From a virus (lineage: Duplodnaviria > Caudoviricetes), in the IMG/VR virus record IMGVR_UViG_3300002307_000196, positions 1-26,675 of that record: a DNA stretch of 26,675 bases, one strand, 5' to 3'. The first letter of the stretch is position 1; each line of letters starts with the position of its first letter. The position numbers and the translations under genes are program-made. This document shows positions 17,201 through 24,990 of this stretch, piece by piece. The notes under the pieces were generated by a model. The model worked only from the letters and a program-made list of their open reading frames with translations. It did no database searches and was not told where the DNA came from.

Positions 17201-17735
17201 GCAGCAAATCGCTAAGCGCGACTGCGGCCTTGTCCCACGCGCCGAACACCTTGTACCCACTGGCCTTCAAACCCGTCCAGGCGTCGGCCAACAGACCAGG
17301 CTTATCGCTGTCAAGGTTAGGCGGTGCGCTGGCTGGCGCCGGTTGCGGGAGTGCCTTCACGGCTTGCTCGGTCGCGGCCAGGGTGGGCAGATCGTTGTGA
17401 GCTTTCGCCGCGTTGGTAGGGTCCGCCAAGAACTGTGCCAGGTGTGGGTACTGCGACACGACCTTGCCCGCGTCAAACGACTGCATGGCCACCTGCTGCT
17501 TGGCGGTGTTCGGATCGCTCTGTACCGCTTCCAGTGGGACACCCAGGGATGTGGCCAGTTGGGAGTGCTGTGCAACGGTGGCCGGGTTTTGCGGCACTGC
17601 GTTGTAGACGTTGTTGCGGATGGCCACGGCCTGATCCTGCATGACGCTGCCAGCGGCATCGTCGAATTCGTTCTTGTGTTGCGTGCGCCCGGCCACCAGG
17701 TCGGGCAGGGTCAAATCGCTTACTTGGTCAGCCAT
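11259..17735 (-). CDS. Giant internal virion/DNA-ejection polyvalent protein (2158 aa)
   Basis: Third gene of the ejection cluster. ADLSTFLHESGHFFLE (HExxH), plus an inserted YHHT...LYFT module and a GDIDLPWG...GYGLAKL...WLLTAFE module. Confidence 0.85.
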   Translation of the reverse strand: MADQVSDLTLPDLVAGRTQHKNEFDDAAGSVMQDQAVAIRNNVYNAVPQNPATVAQHSQLATSLGVPLEAVQSDPNTAKQQVAMQSFDAGKVVSQYPHLAQFLADPTNAAKAHNDLPTLAATEQAVKALPQPAPASAPPNLDSDKPGLLADAWTGLKASGYKVFGAWDKAAVALSDLLPDGALGKMSPEDRAAYAARGENMQATGIAQSPQRWSGQVAGALGYLPFLEAAPFVMAGTEGTSASQDLQQRGVDPATANKAGAVQGAVLGAANMIPMGDLAFKSGVVPFVKSLFGATAKAGVSGAAQEVAGDTAASQILKANGYGQLADQYGPTIEKAWDSALFMAAMHTGMQTVTHGAPSLFANGKPTVPEGIVTDTARAADATQSAAGLQALGELAAKSELRKNDPQAFHDFVQKVTEDGHLPEVWVDGKTLVDSLNQSGVTPDELNAKLPGIKDQLTEAIQTNGDVRIPTADYATSIAGTPMEAAILPHLKTDPNGMTFAEGQEHLAQQQAEMTAQALDAVKKQAALDERQLQLKGITDDVHRQLMATGRFPVDVAKQYAALHGAFYDTMAERMGISPQEMRERMPLAIKAEGQGGLAQHGVDEATGLPLNADGTVTVYHHTSAERAAEIGRTGVLKSAGEPDLYFTTTPETSTGYGDTAVPFKVKPSRLQLDDEFPDGRQDYRVAAPGQSRRVRVMPDGSNVLLQSASNGPFGPITKDFHHDAQGAVDHLKKTQTGEALGALHHAEIGDIDLPWGVAGENEHDGYGLAKLVAWHPEVVDKLQDVIASMKVTERSDNRAQLESADHKGAVRLQWDGQAKKWLLTAFEKDKGNDAEPSTDTSNAAGPDGSPARVPESIVDETLNKFYQADGNRGFYNPATGELGMLKNADLSTFLHESGHFFLEAMHDLAKSPEAPEGIKSDFDTLLQHFKVEGASPEERMADWSARDLEAKRAGHEQFAEGFENYLMTGKAPVPELQSMFSRFRSWLMSVYHTMRGDVSPEVRAVMDRMFASQETINDAERVRAYAVPDLAAEHGEMIDQYKTLGKEATEQAIADMQARSIRDMKWMSNAKEGKMRELQRSAREERTKITDEVTKEVQAEPINQARTWLTKGEMVDTEGNPVKAEKGYKLNTDTLREMFPKGELGAPDVVAELKGLTSKDGLHPDLVAEMFGFNSGKELVGKLTSGEKPAEKIAALVDQRMLERHGDLVDPVSIQRAAEAAIHNEVRAKFMATGLKMLTKSPMSVAEINKAAKAAADTAIAAKVVGDLRPAQYSAAEAKANKELLKLAPKDPAGAAQAQRAALLNNRLFKSASEAVTDVQKGRVYLKRLQKPAVRARIDVDIRDQIDDLMSRFGLRTSPSDAPTRAKQNLAQWVESQVANGMVPSVTPEMLLPEFRKPYRELTVEEFRGLVDTVRSMEAVGKNRNTILVNGERAELRQHVDSVLIPKLEEVGTRFSAEKLVLSHEDQGLSAFGKAMDHMGSFSRAVNSELKPTDFRSNILDRHEVLGPIYTAIIEPVLNGSYDKVRMLKGLSDAFGAKAEELGKDWQKSLHDFVQNDTLLDPQLTKAAGENVPMKLTRGKMLMMALHSGNESNFDKLTKGYGWNPADVWKMLDQNMGEKDIAAVNHIWELNDKHWPEVEALYREMGQTAPPKIEARPTKLANGELTGGYARISYDPKRSNRGARVEADTAKEIAANGVSVGDYFKRTGTANGAMNVRMEGYTDAINLDFHTIAQAMQETLHDLAYRRALVDANKIVTDPAFKAAFQTAYGSEEWKAINTWLGRVANANNADANADALSKVLQYSRTGMVINGIGFNLSTVIKHDGAAALKSLGFMAGGGERFFASRMASMFHDYTNQVEGAKAKFDEIFARSQQMDRDYQVTSHSLFEPDSWHDKLDRAGHAMIANLDLFSAVPTAWASYDRAVTEGIPVNQGGTGQPMSEVDAVRYANKMVREAHGSNVESARSNFLNDPNKWMKQFGTLYGFMNNTYGQLANISSRLMTPGLSKPATFAQAIAAILVPAIMAEAVSSHFHKKDDESWGGWMAKAIAGEVAGCVPFVRDAASMIQGYKSAGQVPVESWLHTMVQAGGDIYKGATGQGDKGKPIQDVANAVGEAAHLPLGQVGKTAQYLADRASGKVAPPSNALHEVTDPLLGAPHK

Positions 17736-19875
17736 TGGTGCGGTTCTTCCAGAATGTGCGCAAGATTTGATCGTTGGATGGGTTCGGGTTGCCGTGCTTG
17801 GCCAGTGCGGCCTTTACCTGGTCGAGCTGATCGCCGGGGATGTCGTCTACCTTCATCTGCATGAAGGGCATCGACTGCACGCCACCCGATATGCCAAGGT
17901 AGGTATTGCGGAACCGGTAGTTTTTCAGGAACTGCTGATCCACGTATTGGCTAATTTCCTGGGCGGTCATCTTGCGGCCCAGCTGTTGCTGCTGGTCGAA
18001 GATGCCGTCCTGAATGAACTTGGTGACCGTGCCGATCTGCTGCTTTCCCGCTTCGTCCTTGGGCTTGGTGTCGATGCCCAGGGAAGTCAACCGGTTGTTC
18101 AGCTCGGCGGTCATGGCTTTGGCATTCCAGCCCCCGGCACTTTGATCCGTCTCGCCATCAATCTGATCCTGGCGCAACTTGGCGATCTGCTTTTGTGTGC
18201 CCTCGCTGAAGTTCGTCATCACGAAGTGCTGGAACGTGGCGTCCGGCATCTTGGCCAGTTCGTCGGGGTGTTCGATGGCCGTGTGATACGCGGCCATGTT
18301 GTCGGCTACTGGCGGATTGGCGATGCCTTTAGCGAAGGTCTGAAGCTGATCGAACTTGCCTGGCGCGAACGCGGTGACGTTGGCGCGAATGTCGGGCGGC
18401 AGGCTTGCGAAGTCACCGTGGTTCTGGATCAGGTACTGCTGCGCGGCCTGCACAGCCTGGTCGCCTTGCTCGGTGCGGGCTTTGGTGACATCGGTGAATT
18501 GCCGTGTGCCCTCAGCCAGTGCCAGCTGCACAACCTTGGGACTGGCATTCGGCCCGAGCTGATCGCGAATGTTCTGATGGATGTCCTGCAGCGTGGGCAT
18601 GGGCGGCACGCCACCACCGCCCTGCAGCTGGTTGACGTTCTTTGACACATATGCCTGCGTCTCCTGGGGCATCGATGCCAGCCAGTTCGCGCCATTGGCT
18701 TTCACAGCGGCGTCAACTGCGCTAGGGCCAGCGTTATATGCCGCCCAGGCCTTCGACGGATCGCCCGCATAGTTCTTGACCATGGCGGCGAGATACTGCT
18801 GGCCGACGCGGTTGTATTCGGCTGACGAATCGTTGGCTGCTGGGGCGATGCCATAGCCAGGATTTTTGGCGGTGCCTGGCATTACCTGCATGCTATACAT
18901 GGCACCCTTGGGGCTGGTCACCGGTGTGCCGTCCGCGTTCGTGTCTCGCCCACCGCTTTCACTCTGCTTGGTGATCTGCAGCATGCGGTCCACGTCCGTG
19001 GGGTTCAGCGCCGACTGAAAATGTCCCATGGCAGTCTGCGCAACGCCGGTCGCAACGCGCGCTTGCTGATCACCATTGATCTGGCCGGTGGCCTTCAACA
19101 GATCGCCAGCGGTCATGTCGCCCTTGTAGCGTTGAATGTATTGCTGGGCGTAGTCTGGATTGTTGTTCTGCAGCGCGGCCTCGATCACACCGTAGTGCAG
19201 TTTGCTGGTGGCCTGTTCCGTCTTCGCGTCGACCAAGTTGGCCGGTAGGCCCGAGATTTGGCCAGCCTTCCACACCGCTGCCTTGATGCTGGCCACCGAC
19301 TTATCGATGGTGTCGGGATCGTTCCAGTTCTTTTGCGCAGCATCGGTGGCCAGGTCGATGGTGCCCTGTTGTGTATCCACGCCGAACTTGGTGTACTGCT
19401 GCAGCACGTGACTGCCGATCTGCCCACTGAACTGGGTGGATAACTGTGCAGCGCTCTTTGCGAACACCTGGCGCTGCGCATCGTTGGCCAGGTTTGCCGA
19501 GGCTGCATCAATGGTGCTCTGCAGCTGCTTACCGTACTGGTCTTGCAGCCCTTCGCCCTTGTCATTGGGCTGGATCGCATCGGCGCCGGTCTTGGCAAGG
19601 TAGCCTTGCTGCGGATCGTAGGTTAGCTTTTGCTGGGCTGCGCGTACATCGTTAAGCGCAGAGTCCACGCGGGTCTGGTTGGCCAGCATTTGCGCTTTGG
19701 CATCGGCATCCATGCCCTGGACGCCCAGGGTGGTCATATCCTGGCCAGCCTTCTCCATGTCGTGCCCGGCGAACTCGCCCTGCATGAGCTGGCGCGGCGA
19801 TAGGCCTTGGATGGCAACGCCGGGGACGTTGGCGGGCGATACCTGAGGGGTGTCGTAAAGAGGGACTTGTGGCAT
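17728..19875 (-). CDS. Internal virion protein with lytic transglycosylase (SLT) domain
   Basis: QSESGG (catalytic Glu), SPKGAMYSMQVMPGTA and AWAAYNAGP. Confidence 0.87.
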   Translation of the reverse strand: MPQVPLYDTPQVSPANVPGVAIQGLSPRQLMQGEFAGHDMEKAGQDMTTLGVQGMDADAKAQMLANQTRVDSALNDVRAAQQKLTYDPQQGYLAKTGADAIQPNDKGEGLQDQYGKQLQSTIDAASANLANDAQRQVFAKSAAQLSTQFSGQIGSHVLQQYTKFGVDTQQGTIDLATDAAQKNWNDPDTIDKSVASIKAAVWKAGQISGLPANLVDAKTEQATSKLHYGVIEAALQNNNPDYAQQYIQRYKGDMTAGDLLKATGQINGDQQARVATGVAQTAMGHFQSALNPTDVDRMLQITKQSESGGRDTNADGTPVTSPKGAMYSMQVMPGTAKNPGYGIAPAANDSSAEYNRVGQQYLAAMVKNYAGDPSKAWAAYNAGPSAVDAAVKANGANWLASMPQETQAYVSKNVNQLQGGGGVPPMPTLQDIHQNIRDQLGPNASPKVVQLALAEGTRQFTDVTKARTEQGDQAVQAAQQYLIQNHGDFASLPPDIRANVTAFAPGKFDQLQTFAKGIANPPVADNMAAYHTAIEHPDELAKMPDATFQHFVMTNFSEGTQKQIAKLRQDQIDGETDQSAGGWNAKAMTAELNNRLTSLGIDTKPKDEAGKQQIGTVTKFIQDGIFDQQQQLGRKMTAQEISQYVDQQFLKNYRFRNTYLGISGGVQSMPFMQMKVDDIPGDQLDQVKAALAKHGNPNPSNDQILRTFWKNRTNG

Positions 19876-20411
19876 CAGTTACCCAGCGTTTGTTTGCCGT
19901 TCTTGGAATTGGCCAGGGAAAGCATCGCGGGCGAAACCTGCGTGGCCGTGCCCAACATCGATGTCAACCCGGCGTTGATCGGACTGATGGAGCTGGACAT
20001 CGACGACAGCGCTTTGGCGTTGCTGGTGTCGTCTGCTGCCTGGGTGGTGTAGCCCCAGGCTTCCCGCAGGGCGTTGGTCTGGATCTGATCGGTGTCTCGC
20101 TGGGCCATCATTTGTGTGGACTGCGACACATTGGCCGCGCTGCCCTGGGTGATGTCCACGCCGTTCGCAGCCATATTGGCTTTTTGGGTACTGGCCAGTT
20201 GCGCAGCCTTCAGCTCTTGATTGCCCACAGCGATCTGGCCGTTGTCAGTGGCAATGCTGGCCTTGTCCTGCGCGATGGTGGCGTTGTTGGCCGCGACTGC
20301 CGCTTGGTAATCCAAGGATGAACGCTGCGCATCGGCTGCGTTATACGCACCGAGCATTCTTGTGCCACCCCCGGCCATCGCTAGAAGGTCGCTTGTATTG
20401 ACAGTTCCCAT
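19875..20411 (-). CDS. Small internal virion (ejection) protein, T7 gp14-like position
   Basis: Ala/Gln-rich helical protein with MAANGVDITQGSA and IQTNALREAWGY. First gene of the ejection cluster. Confidence 0.75.
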   Translation of the reverse strand: MGTVNTSDLLAMAGGGTRMLGAYNAADAQRSSLDYQAAVAANNATIAQDKASIATDNGQIAVGNQELKAAQLASTQKANMAANGVDITQGSAANVSQSTQMMAQRDTDQIQTNALREAWGYTTQAADDTSNAKALSSMSSSISPINAGLTSMLGTATQVSPAMLSLANSKNGKQTLGN

Positions 20412-20436
20412 CGGGGGCGCCCTTAAAATTCAGGGG

Positions 20437-20469
20437 AGAATAGCCCGCACCTGGCGCGGCTTGTACACC
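20437..20469 (-). promoter_or_regulatory. Putative phage late promoter, copy 2
   Basis: GGTGTACAAG-N17-TATTCT, 25 nt before ATG 20411. Confidence 0.6.
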
Positions 20470-20472
20470 GCG

Positions 20473-22773
20473 CTATCGCACGTTGATGTCGGTGGCCACA
20501 GAGCAGATCGTCATCGGCAGCGGGTCGGTTTGCTGCACAAAGACGGAGCCGTCAAAGTTCCATTCGGGTTGAATCACGATGGGCAGCACGCCGCTGAAAA
20601 GTGCGGGCTGCGATCCGGGCAAGTCGGTTGCCGAGCGCTGGGTGGCGTACACCAGGTTATTGGCATCCGGCCCGACATACATGCCGCTGGTGCGGTACAC
20701 GCGCATGAACACCTGATCCACGTTCTTTTGCAACGTCTCGCCAAAGCCTGCGTCCACACTCAGCGCAGCCGGAAGAGTCTGCACCTGGGAAGTGATGGGC
20801 AAGCCCACGATCACCTTTGTGGCCGGGTACGGCAGCGTGATTGACCCGGTGTTATCGACCACCTGCAAAGGGACTGGCGCGCCATCAGCCAGGATGTTGA
20901 CCGTCATACCGATCAACCAGGTCAGGCCCGACACCGTTGTCACCTGGTAGGCGGTGGTCACGGAGACTGTGCCGATCTCCAGCCCCGCCGACGCTGCGGT
21001 CAGCGTGATGTTGTTCGCATCGACTACGGTGGTCACTGTGTACGTTCCCGACAATGCCGGATCGCTGAACGTGAAATACCGCGAATTGCCAACACTCAGG
21101 CCGTGGCCGAGGATGCCGCAGGTGATGACGGTGCCCTGCCACTTGTAGGTGCCCGGCAGGAAGTTGGTAGCACCGCTGTCCACAAAGAACGGATCGCTGG
21201 CGGTATTGAAGTAACGGGTGTGCAGGCGCTCAATGTAGCGGCGCGTGGTGCCGTTGATCATGCGGTTGACCACCAGGTACAACATGTCTTCGCTGGCCAG
21301 GGTGCCTGCGGGCTGTTCGGTGATCACGCAAATAGATTCAACGAAGCCGCCGAAGTCGTGGTGGTGCCACGCGGCCACCTGTTGCTCGGGCACATAGGTC
21401 AAGCTCTTGAGCGAGCCATCGCTAGACACGCAATGCAGAATTTGGAATGGCGCCTTGCTGAACGCCATGTCAAGCACGTTCTGGTAGTCGAACAGGTGCG
21501 CGGCCATGACGCTGATGTCATTGGACTGGTAGGCCTGAGTCTGCCAGGAAAACGCCATCTCGCGAATGCGACACCCGCGCGACTGGCTGAACAGGATCGA
21601 GTTACCCACGACGATGGGCACCACGTTGTTGCTGCCAACGTAGCTTTGGGGCTTCACGGCCAGGTTGGCCGACGCAAGGGCATTGCCATCGGTCGATGAC
21701 ACTTGCCATTCCGTGGACGGCGTGAGCATCATCAGGTTGGCCACCGGCACCAGGTGCTGAATGCCCGAGGCTTCACGCGCGGCGATCTTGAACGAAATGC
21801 GATTCGCGGCCTGCACCGGCAAGGTGTAGGTCAGGTTCGACTCAGTGCCCGACATTGTGGCCCAGGCATTCTGCGGGGCGTTAGTCGATCCAGCGAACCA
21901 GCGGCGCTGCTGGTAATAGGTCACGGCGCCGGGGTAGTTGCCGGTGGCGTCATTGAAGCCGCTGTCATAGATCGGCGGTGTCTGACCGGTGTTGGGCGTG
22001 ATGTTGTTGTCAATGAAACTGGTGGTGCCCGCAGCGGCCTGGCCGATGTAGCCCCAAAGGCCATTCAGGAATTTGTAGACGTAGAAGCGCGCGGGCGTCA
22101 CGCCAGCGGGCAGCGTCCAGGTGATCGTGTTGATGTTGCCCAGTAGGGTCAAGTCATTGCTGATCGCCGTGGTAATGTTCGATGCGATGGACTCTTGCAA
22201 GTCACCGGCCTGCACAGTGGTCACCACGTACTGAACATTGAAGGGGTTCCAGCCGGTCGTGTGTGGCGTGGTGGCCGCTGCGCTAACACTGGTTGGGCAC
22301 CAGGTCGGAATAGTGAACACCGGATTGGTCAGCGTCCAGCTCAGTGCCCCCAGGCGGCGCAGCTCGGCCACCGGATAGTTCGGGTGGACGATGGTCAACA
22401 CGTCTGCCGACTGCACATAGTGCAAGTTCATCAGGTCGGCCTGCGCGTAGGTGTTCGTGATCTCATAAGGAACGCCACCGCTCAGCAGCGTGCCAGCCTG
22501 TGAGTGGAAGCGGAAATACCCGGCCCCCACTTCGATGCACATGGTCTGCGTGAAGTTGTAGGTGAAGGGGATCAAGCGCACCGGGTAGGCGCTGTTCTTG
22601 ACTTCCAGCACGTATTCAGTGCCTGGGCGGTTCTCCACTGGACCATGCGGCAACACAATGGCGTTACGGCACAGCGCTAGGCCCGTCTGAAACTTGGCCA
22701 GGTCCACGCGGCCATACATGTCGGGGGCAATCTCGCCACCGGCAAATGAACGGTCGGTTGCTTTCTCACCCAT
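20473..22773 (-). CDS. Tail tubular protein B (nozzle, T7 gp12-like)
   Basis: SFAGGEIAP, GPVENRPGT, YVQSADVL, YPGAVTYYQQR, AWHHHD and C-terminal QTDPLPMTI. Confidence 0.88.
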   Translation of the reverse strand: MGEKATDRSFAGGEIAPDMYGRVDLAKFQTGLALCRNAIVLPHGPVENRPGTEYVLEVKNSAYPVRLIPFTYNFTQTMCIEVGAGYFRFHSQAGTLLSGGVPYEITNTYAQADLMNLHYVQSADVLTIVHPNYPVAELRRLGALSWTLTNPVFTIPTWCPTSVSAAATTPHTTGWNPFNVQYVVTTVQAGDLQESIASNITTAISNDLTLLGNINTITWTLPAGVTPARFYVYKFLNGLWGYIGQAAAGTTSFIDNNITPNTGQTPPIYDSGFNDATGNYPGAVTYYQQRRWFAGSTNAPQNAWATMSGTESNLTYTLPVQAANRISFKIAAREASGIQHLVPVANLMMLTPSTEWQVSSTDGNALASANLAVKPQSYVGSNNVVPIVVGNSILFSQSRGCRIREMAFSWQTQAYQSNDISVMAAHLFDYQNVLDMAFSKAPFQILHCVSSDGSLKSLTYVPEQQVAAWHHHDFGGFVESICVITEQPAGTLASEDMLYLVVNRMINGTTRRYIERLHTRYFNTASDPFFVDSGATNFLPGTYKWQGTVITCGILGHGLSVGNSRYFTFSDPALSGTYTVTTVVDANNITLTAASAGLEIGTVSVTTAYQVTTVSGLTWLIGMTVNILADGAPVPLQVVDNTGSITLPYPATKVIVGLPITSQVQTLPAALSVDAGFGETLQKNVDQVFMRVYRTSGMYVGPDANNLVYATQRSATDLPGSQPALFSGVLPIVIQPEWNFDGSVFVQQTDPLPMTICSVATDINVR

Positions 22774-23149
22774 GTTTCTTGCGCTTGCGGTAAGCGTCCA
22801 AAGTCTGCTGCGTCACGTGCTGCACCAGATACGCCTCAAACTCTGCACCGGCACGTTCTTCACGCATGGCCTCTTTTGCAAATTGCATAACGTGAGTAGC
22901 TTCGTGCGCAATGATGGCGGCTATCTGCGAAGCACTGCGCTTCTTTATCTCACCGATGCAAATCAAGGCGATCATTCCGGCGATGTCGTTCTCAAAGCTA
23001 TGAACGCAGGCATCCGCACCTTTAGAGACGAAGGCTGAGGGGCTTTGCACTTTGAGTTTGCGCACTGCGCGGAGATATGTCTTTTCGGAAAAGACCACAC
23101 CAACGGACAAGGGAATGGCCCCCATATCGATATAGTGCACGCGCTTCAT
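22766..23149 (-). CDS. Hypothetical protein with HExxH motif
   Basis: IIAHEATHV...EFEAY. Overlaps both tail tubular genes. Confidence 0.75.
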   Translation of the reverse strand: MKRVHYIDMGAIPLSVGVVFSEKTYLRAVRKLKVQSPSAFVSKGADACVHSFENDIAGMIALICIGEIKKRSASQIAAIIAHEATHVMQFAKEAMREERAGAEFEAYLVQHVTQQTLDAYRKRKKHG

Positions 23150-23817
23150 CGATTCACAATCCAGTCCACGCTCTGCGCTGGCTTAACCCGGCGCTGATTG
23201 GCGTCCGACACCGTGGCCAGGGTAAACCATGCCTGGAATTCCTGCAGCGCGCTCTTGGTTTCAGCCCGGCCTTCGGCGCCCTTGATCACCGGCCCGGCCA
23301 GTTTGGATTTGAGCAGCTTGGTTAGGCCTTCAGTGAACAGGGGTGAAAACGTGGTGGTGTCTGTCACCCGCCCGCTGTAGCGCAGTACAGCGTTGATCTG
23401 GTTGCTGTAGATCACTTGGTTGCCCAGCGAATCCATTTCGACCGTAAATGGCTGCGTGGTGTAGATGCCCACATTGTTGTTGTAGGCCCCCGACACGTTG
23501 CCATACTGGGCCAGCCCGGCGCTGTAGTCATCAACAGCATTCGGATCGGTGACAGCAAGGAAGTTCAGCACATCGCTGGGCGCATCGTAGACATACGTCC
23601 AGGGTGATGGCGGCGTCTCAGCCAGCAGCGCCAGCGAAACGCGCTTAAGCGCAAAGCCCCACGTGTGCATCTCTAAAAGCGCATCACGCGCAATCGGATA
23701 GAAGCGCGCGCAGTGCACCGCCTGGATGCTGCCACTGGGCGGGCTGATCGACGCTACAGTGGCGCTGTCGCCCAGCTCACCAAGCGCTGCATTGCAGATA
23801 TCGACTTCACTTGCCAA
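23146..23817 (-). CDS. Tail tubular protein A (adaptor, T7 gp11-like)
   Basis: ASEVDICNAALGELG, YPIARDALLEMHTWGFA and FSPLF. TTG start. Confidence 0.85.
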   Translation of the reverse strand: MASEVDICNAALGELGDSATVASISPPSGSIQAVHCARFYPIARDALLEMHTWGFALKRVSLALLAETPPSPWTYVYDAPSDVLNFLAVTDPNAVDDYSAGLAQYGNVSGAYNNNVGIYTTQPFTVEMDSLGNQVIYSNQINAVLRYSGRVTDTTTFSPLFTEGLTKLLKSKLAGPVIKGAEGRAETKSALQEFQAWFTLATVSDANQRRVKPAQSVDWIVNR

Positions 23818-23830
23818 GGCAACACCCCGT

Positions 23831-23859
23831 AATAAAAGGGCAGCGCCGAAGCGCTGCTA
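23831..23859 (-). terminator. Rho-independent terminator after the capsid gene block
   Basis: Minus strand GCAGCGC-TTCG-GCGCTGC-CC-TTTTATT. Confidence 0.8.
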
Positions 23860-23893
23860 ATGTCGATTACTCGACCTTGGAGACAACCAACCG

Positions 23894-24244
23894 TTAAACC
23901 AATCCGGTAGCGTTTGCATTGGCGGCTTTTTCAGCGTCAACCGCTGCCGCTTCAGCATCCAGAACCCGCTGAACCAGATCACCCCGAGAGGGATCGGCAT
24001 CAAGCTGGGATTTCAAATCGTTGTACGCAGAGCGCAGCGCGTTAGCCGTAGCTTGCAAGGCGGCTTGCGCTTCGGCTTGGGCCTTTGCATAGGCTGCGGT
24101 GGTTTTCTTGGTGACCAGCTCCATGCCTTCCGACACATCGCCGGTCAGTTTGGCAACCATGTCATCAGCCATATCGAAGACTTCACCCGCCTCGCGGATG
24201 ATGCTGTTGTGCAGCAGTTTGGTAAGGGCGCGAACTTGTGCCAT
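23894..24244 (-). CDS. Hypothetical head-cluster protein (116 aa)
   Basis: GGAG RBS before ATG 24244. N-terminal IREAGEVFD and an Ala-rich helical C-terminus. Confidence 0.75.
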   Translation of the reverse strand: MAQVRALTKLLHNSIIREAGEVFDMADDMVAKLTGDVSEGMELVTKKTTAAYAKAQAEAQAALQATANALRSAYNDLKSQLDADPSRGDLVQRVLDAEAAAVDAEKAANANATGLV

Positions 24245-24259
24245 GAATAACTCCAAGAT

Positions 24260-24279
24260 GACCAGCCCGAAGGCTGGCC
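24260..24279 (-). promoter_or_regulatory. Intergenic UUCG hairpin without U-tract
   Basis: Minus strand GGCCAGCC-TTCG-GGCTGGTC. Confidence 0.55.
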
Positions 24280-24286
24280 GTTCGGC

Positions 24287-24778
24287 TTAGGAAACGGCGA
24301 AACCGCTGGCGAACAGCGTGTTGTTGCCCTTGAGCTGGAGATCCTTCACCACGGTCGCCACAACGGCGCCAGCAGTGAACGTGCCCAGGATGATGTACTG
24401 CAGTGCCAGGTAGCGGCGTGCCACAGCTGGAAATGCAGGGTCCAGGTGCAGCATCATTTGTTGGCCCAGCGTCAGCGATGCGGTCAGATTGGCCGGATCG
24501 ATGATGATGGGGGTCACGTTGACCGAGATAGCTGCGTCATCAGCAGACACCAGCTGGATCTGCATCGAAGTGCCGCCGACAAAAGCCTGCGTGACTTCGA
24601 TAACGATATCCAGGCCCAGGCCTTGGCCGATGTCGCGTGCGACGTTACCGGTGCCCACACCTGCCAGATCAATGACGTTGGTGGAGGTAACGGTGCTGGG
24701 ACCAACTGCCAGCGACTGGCCGGTGATGGTGTTTCCGACAACGGTGCCGGAGAATTGGAGAAGTGCGTCAACGATCAT
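24287..24778 (-). CDS. Capsid cement/decoration protein (Bbp16-like)
   Basis: MIVDALLQFS, STNVIDL, RDIGQG and RRYLALQY...GTFTAG. Confidence 0.82.
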   Translation of the reverse strand: MIVDALLQFSGTVVGNTITGQSLAVGPSTVTSTNVIDLAGVGTGNVARDIGQGLGLDIVIEVTQAFVGGTSMQIQLVSADDAAISVNVTPIIIDPANLTASLTLGQQMMLHLDPAFPAVARRYLALQYIILGTFTAGAVVATVVKDLQLKGNNTLFASGFAVS

Positions 24779-24787
24779 GATGCTTCC

Positions 24788-24976
24788 TTACTTTACGTTT
24801 TGGCCTGAGGCCGGTATTTGAGCCATGTAGCTATTCCAGGCCGCAAGCGTTTGCGCAGGTGACCCGATGTCGGGTGACCACACAACGAACTGCTGCAGCA
24901 TCACCCCGGCAGCGCTTGACGTGCCACCGGTAGGGGTGGACGTGACGCCTGTGGGGTTTGCTGCAGTGTTGCTCAT
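24788..24976 (-). CDS. Small hypothetical protein (62 aa)
   Basis: Fills the gap between the capsid and cement genes. Thr/Gly-rich N-terminus. Confidence 0.6.
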   Translation of the reverse strand: MSNTAANPTGVTSTPTGGTSSAAGVMLQQFVVWSPDIGSPAQTLAAWNSYMAQIPASGQNVK

Positions 24977-24990
24977 GGTGGTCAGTCCGA

